Source: Okeania sp. (lineage in GTDB: Bacteria > Cyanobacteriota > Cyanobacteriia > Cyanobacteriales > Microcoleaceae). Taken from it: a stretch of DNA of 6,734 nucleotides. The notes beneath the pieces were generated by a model. The model had not been told where the DNA came from, searched no databases, and worked only from the letters and a program-made list of their open reading frames with translations. A program made the translations under genes and the position numbers. Below are positions 6,384-6,734 of the stretch, one piece after another; within the stretch, counting starts at the first letter, position 1; each line of letters opens with the position of its first letter. The stretch lies in NCBI RefSeq assembly GCF_035285525.1, contig NZ_JAYKGW010000159.1, positions 1-6,734 of the forward strand, written 5' to 3'.

Positions 6384-6536
6384 GGGTTATATCAAATCCG
6401 GTAGTATCGGTAGAATTCACTTTCTGTAGGGGTTTAGTCTCCAAACCCTTGCAAATTAGCAGTTTTCCCTCTTTTCTGATAGTATAACCTTATTCTCCAA
6501 CTTTTCGGGAACCGTAGCCGACGGATTTAATATTAC

Positions 6537-6557
6537 TGATAACTATTAACTATTAAC
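6537..6557. repeat. Short heptamer array TGATAAC TATTAAC TATTAAC
   Basis: Three consecutive 7-mers, two of them identical, lie immediately next to the terminator hairpin. Confidence 0.5.
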
Positions 6558-6559
6558 TG

Positions 6560-6601
6560 AAAAAACAAAGGTTCTCTCGTATCGTTAAGAGAACCTTTGT
6601 T
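6560..6601 (-). terminator. Intrinsic terminator downstream of 5S copy 2, probably bidirectional and shared with the convergent kinase gene
   Basis: A perfect 12-bp stem, CAAAGGTTCTCT (6566..6577) with AGAGAACCTTTG (6588..6599), encloses a 10-nt loop. On the minus strand the stem is followed by TTTTTT (complement of A6 at 6560..6565). On the plus strand it is followed by TTTATATTT. It starts about 10 nt after the 5S 3' end. Confidence 0.8.
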
Positions 6602-6610
6602 TATATTTAA

Positions 6611-6727
6611 CCTGGCATCGTGCTATTTTACCGGGCAGCTACCCACCGAGTATCTTCGCCACTGTAGCGTTTCACTTCCGAGTTCGGGATGGATCGGAGT
6701 GGTTCCACTACGTCATAGACACCAGGA
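6611..6727 (-). rRNA. rrf: 5S ribosomal RNA, copy 2 (complete, about 117 nt; ends uncertain by 1-2 nt)
   Basis: The sequence is identical to copy 1 and additionally shows the 3' CCAGG that pairs with the 5' CCTGG in helix I. A strong terminator follows it. Confidence 0.92.
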
Positions 6728-6734
6728 AAAGCTA

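Noticed and set aside
6244-6444. 66-aa minus-strand ORF overlapping the kinase 3' end
   Set aside because: Its sequence (FPSSFFLLPSSFFLLP...) is just the reverse translation of the GGAAGAA heptamer array, so it is not credible as a gene.
6428-6450. Hairpin AGGGGTTT-N7-AAACCCTT as the kinase gene terminator
   Set aside because: It has only 6-8 bp and no adjacent U tract. The strong hairpin at 6566..6599 is the more convincing termination signal.
1-6734. Composite transposon or autonomous 6.6-kb plasmid delimited by the terminal repeats
   Set aside because: The terminal repeats are 5S rRNA genes, not IS elements. No transposase, integrase, replication or partition gene is present, and there are no terminal inverted repeats. 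A repeat-mediated duplication or an assembly overlap explains the pattern better.

Overview
This is AT-rich DNA that looks cyanobacterial: it has three perfect HIP1 octamers (GCGATCGC) and several heptanucleotide tandem arrays. One intact plus-strand ORF dominates the window (776..6334, 1852 aa). It encodes a soluble HstK-like dual kinase with five parts: a Hanks-type Ser/Thr kinase domain, a P-loop AAA_16/STAND-like NTPase, a long helical region, a GAF domain, and a HisKA + HATPase_c histidine-kinase module. Two 100% identical minus-strand 5S rRNA genes bracket the ORF: positions 1..121 equal 6614..6734 (121/121, period 6613 nt), and the identity runs into both window edges. Nothing 23S-like lies next to 5S copy 1. 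Instead, a good sigma70-like promoter (TTGACA-17-TATAGT, minus strand) sits about 80 nt upstream of it. 5S copy 2 and the kinase gene converge on a strong hairpin terminator that has U-rich tails on both strands. The most unusual internal feature is a repeat-derived block of about 180 nt (1754..1936) retained in frame just upstream of the Walker A loop. It is a 64-nt direct repeat offset by exactly 37 codons, with G/C-run palindromes, and its CCAGAAACC-type core recurs as palindromes in the non-coding leader. Promoter calls, family assignments and all interpretation of the repeats are by eye only; no homology search or covariance model was run. No transposase, CRISPR array, tRNA or second protein gene can be supported.
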